Positions 17,452 to 26,083 of a DNA stretch of 57,543 bases are shown here, one piece after another; positions within the stretch are counted from its first letter, which is position 1; each line of letters opens with the position of its first letter. The position numbers and the translations under genes are program-made. Source of the stretch: Solirubrobacteraceae bacterium (lineage in GTDB: Bacteria > Actinomycetota > Thermoleophilia > Solirubrobacterales > Solirubrobacteraceae); contig JAXDGY010000450.1 in NCBI GenBank assembly GCA_034664785.1, positions 1-57,543 on the forward strand, given 5' to 3'. The notes beneath the pieces are model-generated. The model searched no databases. It was not told the DNA's origin and worked only from the letters and a program-made list of their open reading frames with translations.

Positions 17452-19253
17452 CGGATGCGCACCTGCACTCTGCGCTCGAACTGGTCGAAGTCGGAGACCC
17501 GCGCGACGAGGTCCAGCGTCCAGGTCCCCGGGGCGGCGAGCACCGCGGATGGCAGCGTGTAGTGGCCCGGGCCCGTCGGTTGCACCTGCAGCTCCAGCGG
17601 GCCGATGCCCTTGGCCGCGAGGCTCGCGGTGACCGTGAGCTGCTTGGTGGCGGCGTACTGCGCACCGGTGCGCGGGTCGAGCAGGTAGACGTGGATCTCG
17701 TTGGCCCCGGCGCGCGCCGGGTCGACGTCGAGCGAGAGCTGCGCGGGCCCGAGCGTGCTCATCAGGTGCACTGGTCCGGAGCCGGTGTCCTTCGCTGGGG
17801 CCGCTCCGGCCAGCGCGCCCGTCACGCCGAGCACGACTGCAAGGACGGCGACCTCAGCCCGCAGCGTCCGCCGGAGCACGCGGCCCGCCGCGCCGGGCGT
17901 CTCCGCGCGCGCGGCGATCGCCCGCAGCCGCGGCAGGGTGCGCTGACGGTTGACCGCCCCGAGGCCGATGAGCGCCAGCAGCAGCGTGAGCTTGACGAGC
18001 ACCTCACGGCCGAACGCGGTTCCGGGCAGCTGCGACCACGTGTCGATCTCCAGCAGCGCCTGCACCGTCCCGGTCGCGGCCAGAAGGACGACGCAGCCGA
18101 GCGCCAGCGGCGAGAAGCGCGCGAGCGTCGCGGCGAGCAGCGGCGCGCGATCCGACGGGGCGAGCGAGCGTGTCGCCGCAGGGAGCGCGGCGAGCAGGGC
18201 GACCAGGCCGCCGAGCCACAGCGCCATCGCCGCCACGTGAAGCACGTTCACCGGGGCGAACAGCCAGACTGGGGACTGGACGCTCGCATGGCCGGCAAGC
18301 GCGGGCAGCGCGAGGAGCGCGAGCAGCGGTGCGGCTAGGGCGGCCAACGGGCCTCGAGAGGCGCGGGCCGGCAGCGCAGCGCCATCTGCACCCAGCGACA
18401 CGGGTCGCAGCACGGGCGCGCGCGACGAGCGGGGTGCGAGCAGCATCGCCGCACCGGCGCCGACGATCACCCAGGCGACTGCGCCCCCGGTCCAGACTGC
18501 CCCGAAGCGTGTGTCGAGCACTCCGCGCAGCACCGTCGCGTCCCAGGCGCGCCAGAAGGGAACACCGGCCGCCTCGGCCCCTTCGAGCGCGAGCCCCGCG
18601 AGGGCGCTCAGCACACCCGCCAGCGCCGCGAGGACCAGCGCGACGCGGATGCGTGCGACGAAGCCGCGCGACGCGTTACGCCACGCGGTCGTCCCGCCCG
18701 CCACGCCGGCGAGCGCAGGGAGCCAGACGAGCCCGAGGAAGGCGACCAGCCCGCCGCCCGCACCGATCGCCGCGAACTGCAGCGCGCGGACACCGACGAA
18801 GGCCGAGCTCGTCACCGTCCCCGTCTCCTGGCCGGCCAGCAGCCTTCCGACGGTCGCCCCTGCTCCGGTTCCCCGGGCGCCGATCGCAAAGGTCGAGCCG
18901 CCCGTGACGACGTGCGTATCGGCGGAGACGACCCGATACGTGGCTGTGTAGGTCCCGTGGGCCAAGCCGCGCTCGAGGCGGACGGCGAAGGTCCGGCCGT
19001 CGCCGCCCGGGTGGAACGCGTCGCCGTCGTCGACTCGTGAGCCGCGGGCGTCGAAGACGCGCACGGCGCCCTGGCTGCCCGTGACCGACTCGTCGAACGT
19101 GAACGAGATCGACGCGGGCTCCGTGGCCACGAGGCCGCCGGGCGGCGGAGAGGTGCGCTCCAGCTGCGCGTGCGCCCACGCTGCGGACGGCAGTGCCGCC
19201 ACGGCCAGGAGCGCGGCGGCCACGACGGCGAGCGGGCGGCGGGTGGGTGTCAC
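17448..19253 (-). CDS. CopC-CopD fusion copper transport protein (YcnJ-like) with a C-terminal Ig-like domain
   Basis: AWA-HAQLERTSP and YRVVSADTHV (CopC); AGHA, HVAAMALWLGG, RFS (CopD); GTGA overlap with the upstream gene. Confidence 0.9.
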   Translation of the reverse strand: MTPTRRPLAVVAAALLAVAALPSAAWAHAQLERTSPPPGGLVATEPASISFTFDESVTGSQGAVRVFDARGSRVDDGDAFHPGGDGRTFAVRLERGLAHGTYTATYRVVSADTHVVTGGSTFAIGARGTGAGATVGRLLAGQETGTVTSSAFVGVRALQFAAIGAGGGLVAFLGLVWLPALAGVAGGTTAWRNASRGFVARIRVALVLAALAGVLSALAGLALEGAEAAGVPFWRAWDATVLRGVLDTRFGAVWTGGAVAWVIVGAGAAMLLAPRSSRAPVLRPVSLGADGAALPARASRGPLAALAAPLLALLALPALAGHASVQSPVWLFAPVNVLHVAAMALWLGGLVALLAALPAATRSLAPSDRAPLLAATLARFSPLALGCVVLLAATGTVQALLEIDTWSQLPGTAFGREVLVKLTLLLALIGLGAVNRQRTLPRLRAIAARAETPGAAGRVLRRTLRAEVAVLAVVLGVTGALAGAAPAKDTGSGPVHLMSTLGPAQLSLDVDPARAGANEIHVYLLDPRTGAQYAATKQLTVTASLAAKGIGPLELQVQPTGPGHYTLPSAVLAAPGTWTLDLVARVSDFDQFERRVQVRIR

Positions 19254-19966
19254 CACGCCTCGCGCTCTGGACGACCGCCCCCGCCGACAGGCTCGCCTTG
19301 CGCCGGCACGTCCGGCGCCAGGGCGGCGGCAGTCCGGCGCCGGCGCACGACCAGCACGAGCGCGATCGAGCCCGTGGCCAGCACGATCAGGGCGACCGCG
19401 GCGGCGACAGGGAAGCCGCCGCCCGACGGACCGACCCAGAACAATGTCCCCTCGATCGCGCTCCGCGTCGAGCCCTCTGAGATCGGGATCCGGTAATCGA
19501 AGACCTTGGTCTTCGTGTGCTCGTTCTTGACCTGCGGCGGGCGGCTCTTCGCCAGCCAGTGCATCCGGTGGTCGTGCCAGGTGATCGTGCCGGTCTTGTC
19601 CACCGTGCGCCAGACGACCGGCGCGCCATCGTGGGCGTGGGCGGGCACCGATGAGGTCCCGTAGAAGTCCTGGTTGAGGTAGACCGCGGGCGAGTTGACG
19701 TTCTGCTGGACGGTCCCGTCGGGGAGGATCCGCGAGTACGGTTCGCCCTCGTAGCCGTAGACCGTGACGGGCTGCCCGGCCGTGCTGCGCACCTCGTAGA
19801 AGGCGTCGTAGCCGATGACCTGGACCTGGACGCCGGGCAGCGCCGGATCCAGCCGGTGGAAGACGGAGCGGTAGTTCGGGTTGCCGCCATGCGCCAACGC
19901 AGCGACCGGCGCCAGCAGCGCCGTCGCGACGCTCAGCAAGACAAGGGCGGGAAGACGTCGAGCCAT
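19250..19966 (-). CDS. Secreted, C-terminally anchored hypothetical protein (WHDHRMHW motif)
   Basis: Signal peptide ALA-HGG, C-terminal TM plus basic tail; SD AAGGAG. Confidence 0.8.
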   Translation of the reverse strand: MARRLPALVLLSVATALLAPVAALAHGGNPNYRSVFHRLDPALPGVQVQVIGYDAFYEVRSTAGQPVTVYGYEGEPYSRILPDGTVQQNVNSPAVYLNQDFYGTSSVPAHAHDGAPVVWRTVDKTGTITWHDHRMHWLAKSRPPQVKNEHTKTKVFDYRIPISEGSTRSAIEGTLFWVGPSGGGFPVAAAVALIVLATGSIALVLVVRRRRTAAALAPDVPAQGEPVGGGGRPEREAW

Positions 19967-20123
19967 CGAGGGCTCCTTGCGTGCAGTGGGGCGATGCGCA
20001 GCCCGTCGCTCGTTCGCGACGGGCGGGGAGGACGCGGTCGATGAGCAGACATGCCGACGTCCTCGACATCCACCTGACCCGGTCGTCGCAAGCGCAGAGC
20101 CGCGCGACCGCGCGGCACGACCG

Positions 20124-20462
20124 TCAGGCGGTGCGAAGGCGGGCCGGGGGCCCGCGGCGCGCCATGCAGCACGCGACCAGGCGACCGCCGCGAACGACCG
20201 CGCGTGGCGCGCGCCGACCGGTCGGGGCCAGAGCCGGCGCGGCGCGCCGCCGCTGCCGTAGGCGGGCTGCGCCGAGTGCTATCAGGCGGTCGGCGCCCAC
20301 GAAGCGGCCCGCCAGCAGCGGCAAGACGAGGGCCACGGCCGGCGCGAGGTAGAGGAAGCCCATCCCCAGACCGTCGACGACGTGCACGCCCGCGACGAGT
20401 GCGACGAGCGAGACGAGCAGACCGGCACACCAGCTTGCGCGCACGTGGCGGGCGAGGCGCAT
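20124..20462 (-). CDS. Membrane peptide ending in RGPP; candidate ribosome-arrest leader
   Basis: Two hydrophobic segments, Arg-rich linker, VACCMARRGPPARLRTA; aligns with 17209-17451; start uncertain. Confidence 0.65.
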   Translation of the reverse strand: MRLARHVRASWCAGLLVSLVALVAGVHVVDGLGMGFLYLAPAVALVLPLLAGRFVGADRLIALGAARLRQRRRAAPALAPTGRRAPRAVVRGGRLVACCMARRGPPARLRTA

Positions 20463-20626
20463 CGAGCGGCACGCTACACCGCGGCTGCTCCACGCGCGAG
20501 GACGCTTCCGATCCGCAGGCGCCGGCGTGCGGGTCATCGGCATGCCCGGCGGACCATGATCGGCTGGACCTCGGCGTCTCCCCATCGGTCGCGTCTGTGC
20601 CGGCCCATCGCCGGTCAGGCCTTCGC

Positions 20627-21955
20627 TCAACCGGGCGTGTCAGGTCGAGAGCTGACCCGCAGGACCGCGTCCACGACGGTTGGGTCGAATTGCGTGCCGG
20701 CGTGCCTCGTCAGCTCCGCCTTGGCGGCTTCGTGGGTCATTGCCTCGCGGTAGGACCGCGTGGTGGTCATCGCGTTGTAGGCGTCGCAGCAGGAGATGAT
20801 GCGCGCCTCGAGCGGGATGTCCGTACCACGGAGGCCGTCGGGGTAGCCGCCGCCGTCCCAGTGCTCGTGCGAGCACCGGACGATGAAGCCGACCTCGCGC
20901 ATCAGTCCTCCGACCCGGTCGAGCATCCGCTGACCCTCGACGGTGTGGGTCTTGATGATCTGCCACTCGTGCTCGTCCAGCTTGCCCGGCTTGTTGATGA
21001 TCTCCTTGGGGATCGCGACCTTGCCGACGTCGTGCAGCAGCGCCCCGAACTCCACGTTGCGCTGCGCCGCGGAACTCAGGCCGAGCGCCCGTGCGACCTG
21101 GATGGACAGGTGCACGACGCCCCAGGTGTGCTCGCCGGTGTAGGCGTCGTCGGCCTCGACGACGTCGCCGAGGACCAGCGCCGTCCCGCGGTAGGCGTCG
21201 TTGAGCTCGGCGAGTTGATCGAGGCGTCCGCGGCGCTCGCGCGAGAAGACGCTCAGCAACCCGAACAGGGGAACGACGAGCAACACGGCCCAGCTTCGGA
21301 TCTCGGTCGCCAGGGCGATGCCGAGGCCTACGGGGAAGAGCGCCAGGTCGACAGCGAAGACCCAGCGGACCTCGCTTGCGAGCTCACGGATGTCGGTGCG
21401 GTGCTGCAGCAGCTCCCGGAAGGCGTTGGCGCCGAGGTCGCCGGCGAATTGGGAGGCGATCAGAGCGAGCAGCACCCAGGCGGACGGCAGGACATTGAAC
21501 GGCCCCGTGGCGGCGAGCACTGCGGCCGGCCCCACGGCGAACCAGCTGTTGCCCGGGACCACGAGCAGACGGCTGGCGGGCACGCGACCGGCCACGATGT
21601 CGGGTGCCATTCCCGCCGCGATCGCCAGGACGGTCAGCGGAGCGACCAGCCCCGGTGGCACGGAGAGCAGCATCGGCACGAAGGCGATCTGTGTCGGCAC
21701 GGTGAAGCCGGCCCCGACGTCGAAGCTCACGCGGCTCGCCACGGCGAGCGCCACGACGCACGCGGCGGCTGCCACGAGCGGGATCCGCGGGTCGGCCGCC
21801 CATCCCAACGCCAGCAGCGCCGTCGCCACGACGAACGCAGCTCCGACGAGGACCTCTGCCTGACGTTCCGAGGCCGCCATGCGGCTCGTCGCGCGGGTAT
21901 GCGAAAGCCTGACCCGTTCGGCTTCGTCGATGGTCGTGGCGTTGAGACTGGACAT
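20627..21955 (-). CDS. Membrane-bound HD-GYP c-di-GMP phosphodiesterase
   Basis: YTGEH, LLHDVGK, HEHWDGGGYPDGL, DAYNAMTTTRSYR; N-terminal multi-TM domain. Confidence 0.92.
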   Translation of the reverse strand: MSSLNATTIDEAERVRLSHTRATSRMAASERQAEVLVGAAFVVATALLALGWAADPRIPLVAAAACVVALAVASRVSFDVGAGFTVPTQIAFVPMLLSVPPGLVAPLTVLAIAAGMAPDIVAGRVPASRLLVVPGNSWFAVGPAAVLAATGPFNVLPSAWVLLALIASQFAGDLGANAFRELLQHRTDIRELASEVRWVFAVDLALFPVGLGIALATEIRSWAVLLVVPLFGLLSVFSRERRGRLDQLAELNDAYRGTALVLGDVVEADDAYTGEHTWGVVHLSIQVARALGLSSAAQRNVEFGALLHDVGKVAIPKEIINKPGKLDEHEWQIIKTHTVEGQRMLDRVGGLMREVGFIVRCSHEHWDGGGYPDGLRGTDIPLEARIISCCDAYNAMTTTRSYREAMTHEAAKAELTRHAGTQFDPTVVDAVLRVSSRPDTPG

Positions 21956-22091
21956 GGCCTCTCAACCGTCATCGGTTCTCCTGAAATCGCCTTGAGTGAA
22001 GCGACCGGTCCATGAACCGGTGCAACGAACGTCCACGGCGTCGGCCGGGTGACTCAAGGTCGGCGGCCAGTCCGTCGATTGTCGCCGCGAA

Positions 22092-22174
22092 GGACCTGCT
22101 CAGGGCAAACTCGTCGCGAGGCGAGGACGCAAAGCCAGGGGTCTCGATCAGAGACGGCCCAGCCTCCAGGATCC
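22092..22174 (+). ncRNA. c-di-GMP-I (GEMM) riboswitch
   Basis: CAGGGCAAAC-tcgtc-GCGA(GNRA)-ggcgaGGACGCAAAGCC, P3 gggtct/agacggccc, P1 ggacctg/caggatcc. Confidence 0.88.
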
Positions 22175-22218
22175 CGCTGTTCACACGATCCGAGTACCGG
22201 GAGACATGGAGGTCCCCA

Positions 22219-22887
22219 ATGCCCTGCTTCACCTGGAATCGCACCCGCGGACTGGCCGGACTGCTTGGCGCGGCCGCATGCATGGCGCTGACCGCGTCGG
22301 CGCCCGCGTTCGGCGACGAGCTGATCTCGCCCGACGGCCCGGTGACCGCGACCACGACCGCGGCGTCGGCCGCTGAGTGCGTCGCGCCGACGCTGCTCCA
22401 GCCCTTCGCCAGCTGGAAGGACAACCGCAACTACGTCCTCGCCCCCGGCGGCGACTTCAACGACCTCGACGGCGGAGGTTGGCAACTCGGCGGTGGCGCC
22501 GAGATCGTCCAGGAGAGCAATCCGGATGGCACCGTCGACGGCGCCCTGGAACTGCCCTCCGGGGCGGTCGCGGTGAGCCCGACGATGTGCGTTGACCTCG
22601 ACTACCCGACAGCGCGCGCCTGGGTCCGGAACTCGATCGGCGACGGCGAAGTCGACGTGGCGGTCGTCTACGACGCCGGCAAGAGCGCACAGATCCCGAA
22701 GTCGGTCGGGCACATGAAGGGCAAGAAGAGGGCGGTCTGGGGGCTGTCCGACGACATCAAGATCCAGCCCCAGCTCGCCGGCAAGCAGGCCGGCTGGCGC
22801 CGGGTGGCCTTCGTCCTCAGCGGCGGCGGCAAGAGCAGCGAGTTTCACGTCGACGACTTCTACGTCGATCCGCGGATGGTGCGGTAG
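22219..22887 (+). CDS. Secreted hypothetical protein under riboswitch control
   Basis: SD GGAGG, signal peptide APA-F, beta-rich body, C-terminal VDDFYVDP. Confidence 0.8.
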   Translation: MPCFTWNRTRGLAGLLGAAACMALTASAPAFGDELISPDGPVTATTTAASAAECVAPTLLQPFASWKDNRNYVLAPGGDFNDLDGGGWQLGGGAEIVQESNPDGTVDGALELPSGAVAVSPTMCVDLDYPTARAWVRNSIGDGEVDVAVVYDAGKSAQIPKSVGHMKGKKRAVWGLSDDIKIQPQLAGKQAGWRRVAFVLSGGGKSSEFHVDDFYVDPRMVR

Positions 22888-22899
22888 GCGGCAGGTTCG

Positions 22900-22929
22900 G
22901 GAGGGCGGCCGACGAGTCGGCCGCCCTCC
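22900..22929 (+). terminator. GC-rich hairpin terminator
   Basis: ggagggcggccga-cgag-tcggccgccctcc just after the stop at 22887. Confidence 0.6.
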
Positions 22930-23004
22930 ACGCCGGCCCCGGCCCCGGGCGCCTCAGACCGTGCTGTGTGCCCAGCCCAGCGGGCGCCGGGTCAGAGGTC
23001 TGGC

Positions 23005-24099
23005 TCACTCCTCCTCGCGCTCTTGACCGAGGTCGGCCAGTCTGAGTCCGCCGCGCTGGAGGTCGGGGCCGGTCGCGCGGAAGGCGGGGACCATCTCGCT
23101 GGTGACCAGGCCGGTCTGGTCGGTGAGCTCGTCGACGATGGAGTACCAGGCGCGGATGCGCGCGGGCGTGTCGACGATGACCGTGACCACCGGGACACGA
23201 CGCCGCAGCTGCCAGAAGGTGTCGCCGTGGGGCTTGTGGTCGCCGTGATAGCCCCAGATGCCGCGCAGACTGGTGGCGCCGGCCGCCCCTGCTCCGCGGA
23301 GCTCGCGGATGAGTTGGCGGTGCAGTGGCTGGCCGTCGTGGTGTGACTGCTCGCCGGCGTAGACCATGAGCTTCTGCCAGACCCCCAGCCCGGACGCGTC
23401 CGTCTCGGGGACGTGGCGCGGTTCGGTCAGCCGTTGGCCGTCGAGCTTGCAGACGCGCACCCGCTCGAGCGTGATGAGCGGCCGATCGAGCATGCGTCCG
23501 AGGTCAGGCAGCACCGCGGCTATGCGGTCGCCGTCGCCGACGGCGATGACCATGAGTGGCACCTGTGCGTTGCGCCCGAAGAACTTCGCGCGTTGGCGCA
23601 CGCCGTGCACGGTTCCGTCGACGCCGAGCAGAACCGTCGCGCCGGCGATGCCGCGCTGGTGCAGAACGTCCACGAGCGCCTCGTAGGCGGGCGTCCTTCC
23701 CACCCGCTGCTGGCGGCCCACGTAGACGGTGAGCTTGGTGGATTCCTCATGCCCCGGTCCAAGCTGGACTGCCTCGATGGGGGGCCCGCTGAGCATCCGC
23801 GCGCGCTCCAGTGTCACCAGGCCGTCGAAGCGCAGCTGGTCGACGTCGGCCAGCGCGGCCTGGATGCGCGCGCGGGTGTCGACGGCCACCGAGACGAGCG
23901 GAAGGTCTTCGGAGAGCGTCAGCAGGCGGTCGGTGCGGAGCTGATGCTTGACCCCGAAGCCCTCGACGCCGCGCATCACAAGACTGGTCCGCAGCCTGTG
24001 GCGGGCATAGATGTCGGTGAAGGCGTCGGCAAGGAAGCCGTCGTCGGCCCGGTCGCGCTCGCCGAAATACGAGGTCAGCTTCAGACAGTCGTCGTTCAC
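23005..24099 (-). CDS. Triple DUF190 (PII-like) protein
   Basis: Three repeats KLTSYFGE / KLTVYVGR / KLMVYAGE; RGVEGFG, LSEDLP; GTGA overlap with crcB. Confidence 0.88.
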   Translation of the reverse strand: MNDDCLKLTSYFGERDRADDGFLADAFTDIYARHRLRTSLVMRGVEGFGVKHQLRTDRLLTLSEDLPLVSVAVDTRARIQAALADVDQLRFDGLVTLERARMLSGPPIEAVQLGPGHEESTKLTVYVGRQQRVGRTPAYEALVDVLHQRGIAGATVLLGVDGTVHGVRQRAKFFGRNAQVPLMVIAVGDGDRIAAVLPDLGRMLDRPLITLERVRVCKLDGQRLTEPRHVPETDASGLGVWQKLMVYAGEQSHHDGQPLHRQLIRELRGAGAAGATSLRGIWGYHGDHKPHGDTFWQLRRRVPVVTVIVDTPARIRAWYSIVDELTDQTGLVTSEMVPAFRATGPDLQRGGLRLADLGQEREEE

Positions 24100-24461
24100 A
24101 GCGCCGCCCCGAGATGCCGTCCGGCCCACGCGGCACCCACGCCGAGCGCGAGGCTGGCCGCGAAGTTCAACGCGCCGAGGCCAAGCTCTGCGTCCTCGCC
24201 GAGCCGGTGACTCTCGAACGCCCACGTGCTGAAGGTGGTGAACCCGCCGATGAGCCCGGTCCCCGCGACACGGTACGCGTCGCCACTCAGGGCGGCCCCG
24301 ACGAACCCCCCCAGAACGAACGACCCGAGCACGTTGACGACGAGGGTGCCGTAGGGGAAGTCTCGTCCGGCGCGCCCGGCCACCGCGCCGTCGAGCAGGA
24401 ACCGCGCGACGGCGCCGACACCGCCAAGGACACCCACCGCGAGCGTTACGAGCAGGCTCAT
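24096..24461 (-). CDS. crcB: Fluoride channel Fluc/CrcB, subunit 2
   Basis: [31 protein letters not shown]. Confidence 0.93.
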   Translation of the reverse strand: MSLLVTLAVGVLGGVGAVARFLLDGAVAGRAGRDFPYGTLVVNVLGSFVLGGFVGAALSGDAYRVAGTGLIGGFTTFSTWAFESHRLGEDAELGLGALNFAASLALGVGAAWAGRHLGAAL

Positions 24462-24853
24462 GCGGTCACCCGCGCGCGCCGCACGAGATTGGTCGCGACG
24501 GCCACCGCGAGAAACCCACCGAGGACGCTGACCGACGCGTACCTCAAGGCCAACCCGATCTGGTCGTCGTCGAGCATCCGCAAGAGCTCGACCTGCATCG
24601 TCGAGAACGTCGTTAGGCCGCCACAGAGGCCGGTGCCGAGAAGGGGCCGACGGTAGGCCGAGAGCGGCAGGCGCTCCTGCAGGCGTGTGGCGAAGTAGCC
24701 GAGCAGGAACGCTCCGACGATGTTGACGATGAACGTCGCCCACGGCCACTGTCCGCTGTCGTACGGAAGGGCATCGGCGAGCTCGACCCGCGCGAGGGTG
24801 CCGACGAGGCCGCCCGCGAAGATCGCCGCAAGCTCGCGGCGGTCAATGCGCAC
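24458..24853 (-). CDS. crcB: Fluoride channel Fluc/CrcB, subunit 1
   Basis: [32 protein letters not shown]. Confidence 0.93.
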   Translation of the reverse strand: MRIDRRELAAIFAGGLVGTLARVELADALPYDSGQWPWATFIVNIVGAFLLGYFATRLQERLPLSAYRRPLLGTGLCGGLTTFSTMQVELLRMLDDDQIGLALRYASVSVLGGFLAVAVATNLVRRARVTA

Positions 24854-25183
24854 CGGTGGCTCTCACTTCCGGCGCCCGCGGTACAGGTCCGGCGCCGGCA
24901 GACGTGCCGCGTCCGCGACGCCGAGGCCAGAGCTTGGGGCGTCTCGGCGCGCTCATCCGGCCCGCCATCCTCGCACGCGGCTGCAGCTCACGACCAGGTC
25001 GCCGCCGACCGCGATGCGGTCGTTGAACAGCCTGTGAGGGCCGTCTCCGATGCAGAGCGTGAGCGACGGGCCTGGGCCCCGGTGCTCGCCGCGTTATCGA
25101 GCGCCGCCTGAACGGGAAGGCCGTGCTGCTGGTCGACTGACGAGCCAGTCCGCGAGGTCGACCAGGAACGCTTGGAGACAGCA

Positions 25184-26083
25184 ATGGCGGAAACAAGGAC
25201 GGTCCTGATCACGGGTGGCTCGGGCGGCGTCGGCAGCGCACTCGCCGCGGCGCTGGCGCACGACGGCTGGCGGGTCTTCGCCACCGCGCGCGACCCGAAC
25301 AGGATCGCGCGGACGAAGAGGGGCGACGGCGAGGTGATCCCGATCGCCCTCGAGCTCACCGACCACGACTCGATCGATTCGGCCGCGGCGACGGTCCGCG
25401 AGCGCTCTGGCGAGCGAGGTCTCGATGGCCTCGTCAACAATGCCGGCGTCATCGTCCAGGGACCGCTCGAGCTCGTGCCCGCGTCCGAGCTGCGGCGCCA
25501 GTTCGAGATCAACGTGCTCGGCCAGATCGCGGTCACCCAGGCGGTGCTGCCGGAACTGCGTGTCGCGCGAGGGCGGATCGTCAACCTCGGAGCACCGACC
25601 GGCCGGGTGGCGATTCCGCTCATGGGACCGATCGGAGCCTCGAAGGCGGCGCTGCACTTGCTCAATGACGCGCTGCGGATGGAGCTCCGCCACCAGGGGA
25701 TCGCGGTCTCGCTGGTCGTGCCGGGAGCGCTCGAGACCGAGATCTTCGCCAAGGCGAGCGCCGCCGCCACGGCCGCCGGGCCGGCGAGCCCCGCGGCGGA
25801 GCGGCTCTACGCGCCGCTGGTCCGGACCTCGGCCGAGCGGCTGAAGGAGATGAAGCCCTCGCCGGTCGACGCGACCGTGAAGGCGATCCGCAGGGCGCTC
25901 ACCGAGCGGCGGCCGAAGGCCCGGTACACGGCCGGCTCCGATGCCCGGCAGGTGGAGCTCGTGCGGCGCCTGCCGACCGGGCTGCGAGACCGGGCGCTGA
26001 TGGCGGCGACGGGCGTGAGCCGGGAAGCGTTCGCGGAGCAGGCTGCTGAGCACGAGGGTGGCCTCACTGCGGGCGCCGCGTGA
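25184..26083 (+). CDS. SDR-family oxidoreductase (atypical active site)
   Basis: TGGSGGVG, LVNNAG; IGASK in place of YxxxK. Confidence 0.85.
   Translation: MAETRTVLITGGSGGVGSALAAALAHDGWRVFATARDPNRIARTKRGDGEVIPIALELTDHDSIDSAAATVRERSGERGLDGLVNNAGVIVQGPLELVPASELRRQFEINVLGQIAVTQAVLPELRVARGRIVNLGAPTGRVAIPLMGPIGASKAALHLLNDALRMELRHQGIAVSLVVPGALETEIFAKASAAATAAGPASPAAERLYAPLVRTSAERLKEMKPSPVDATVKAIRRALTERRPKARYTAGSDARQVELVRRLPTGLRDRALMAATGVSREAFAEQAAEHEGGLTAGAA

Noticed and set aside
22092-22174. cGAMP-specific (GEMM-Ib) variant
   Set aside because: The discriminating position is G, not A
24854-25183. Canonical fluoride riboswitch upstream of crcB
   Set aside because: Consensus blocks not found by eye; the region is kept only as a candidate novel leader
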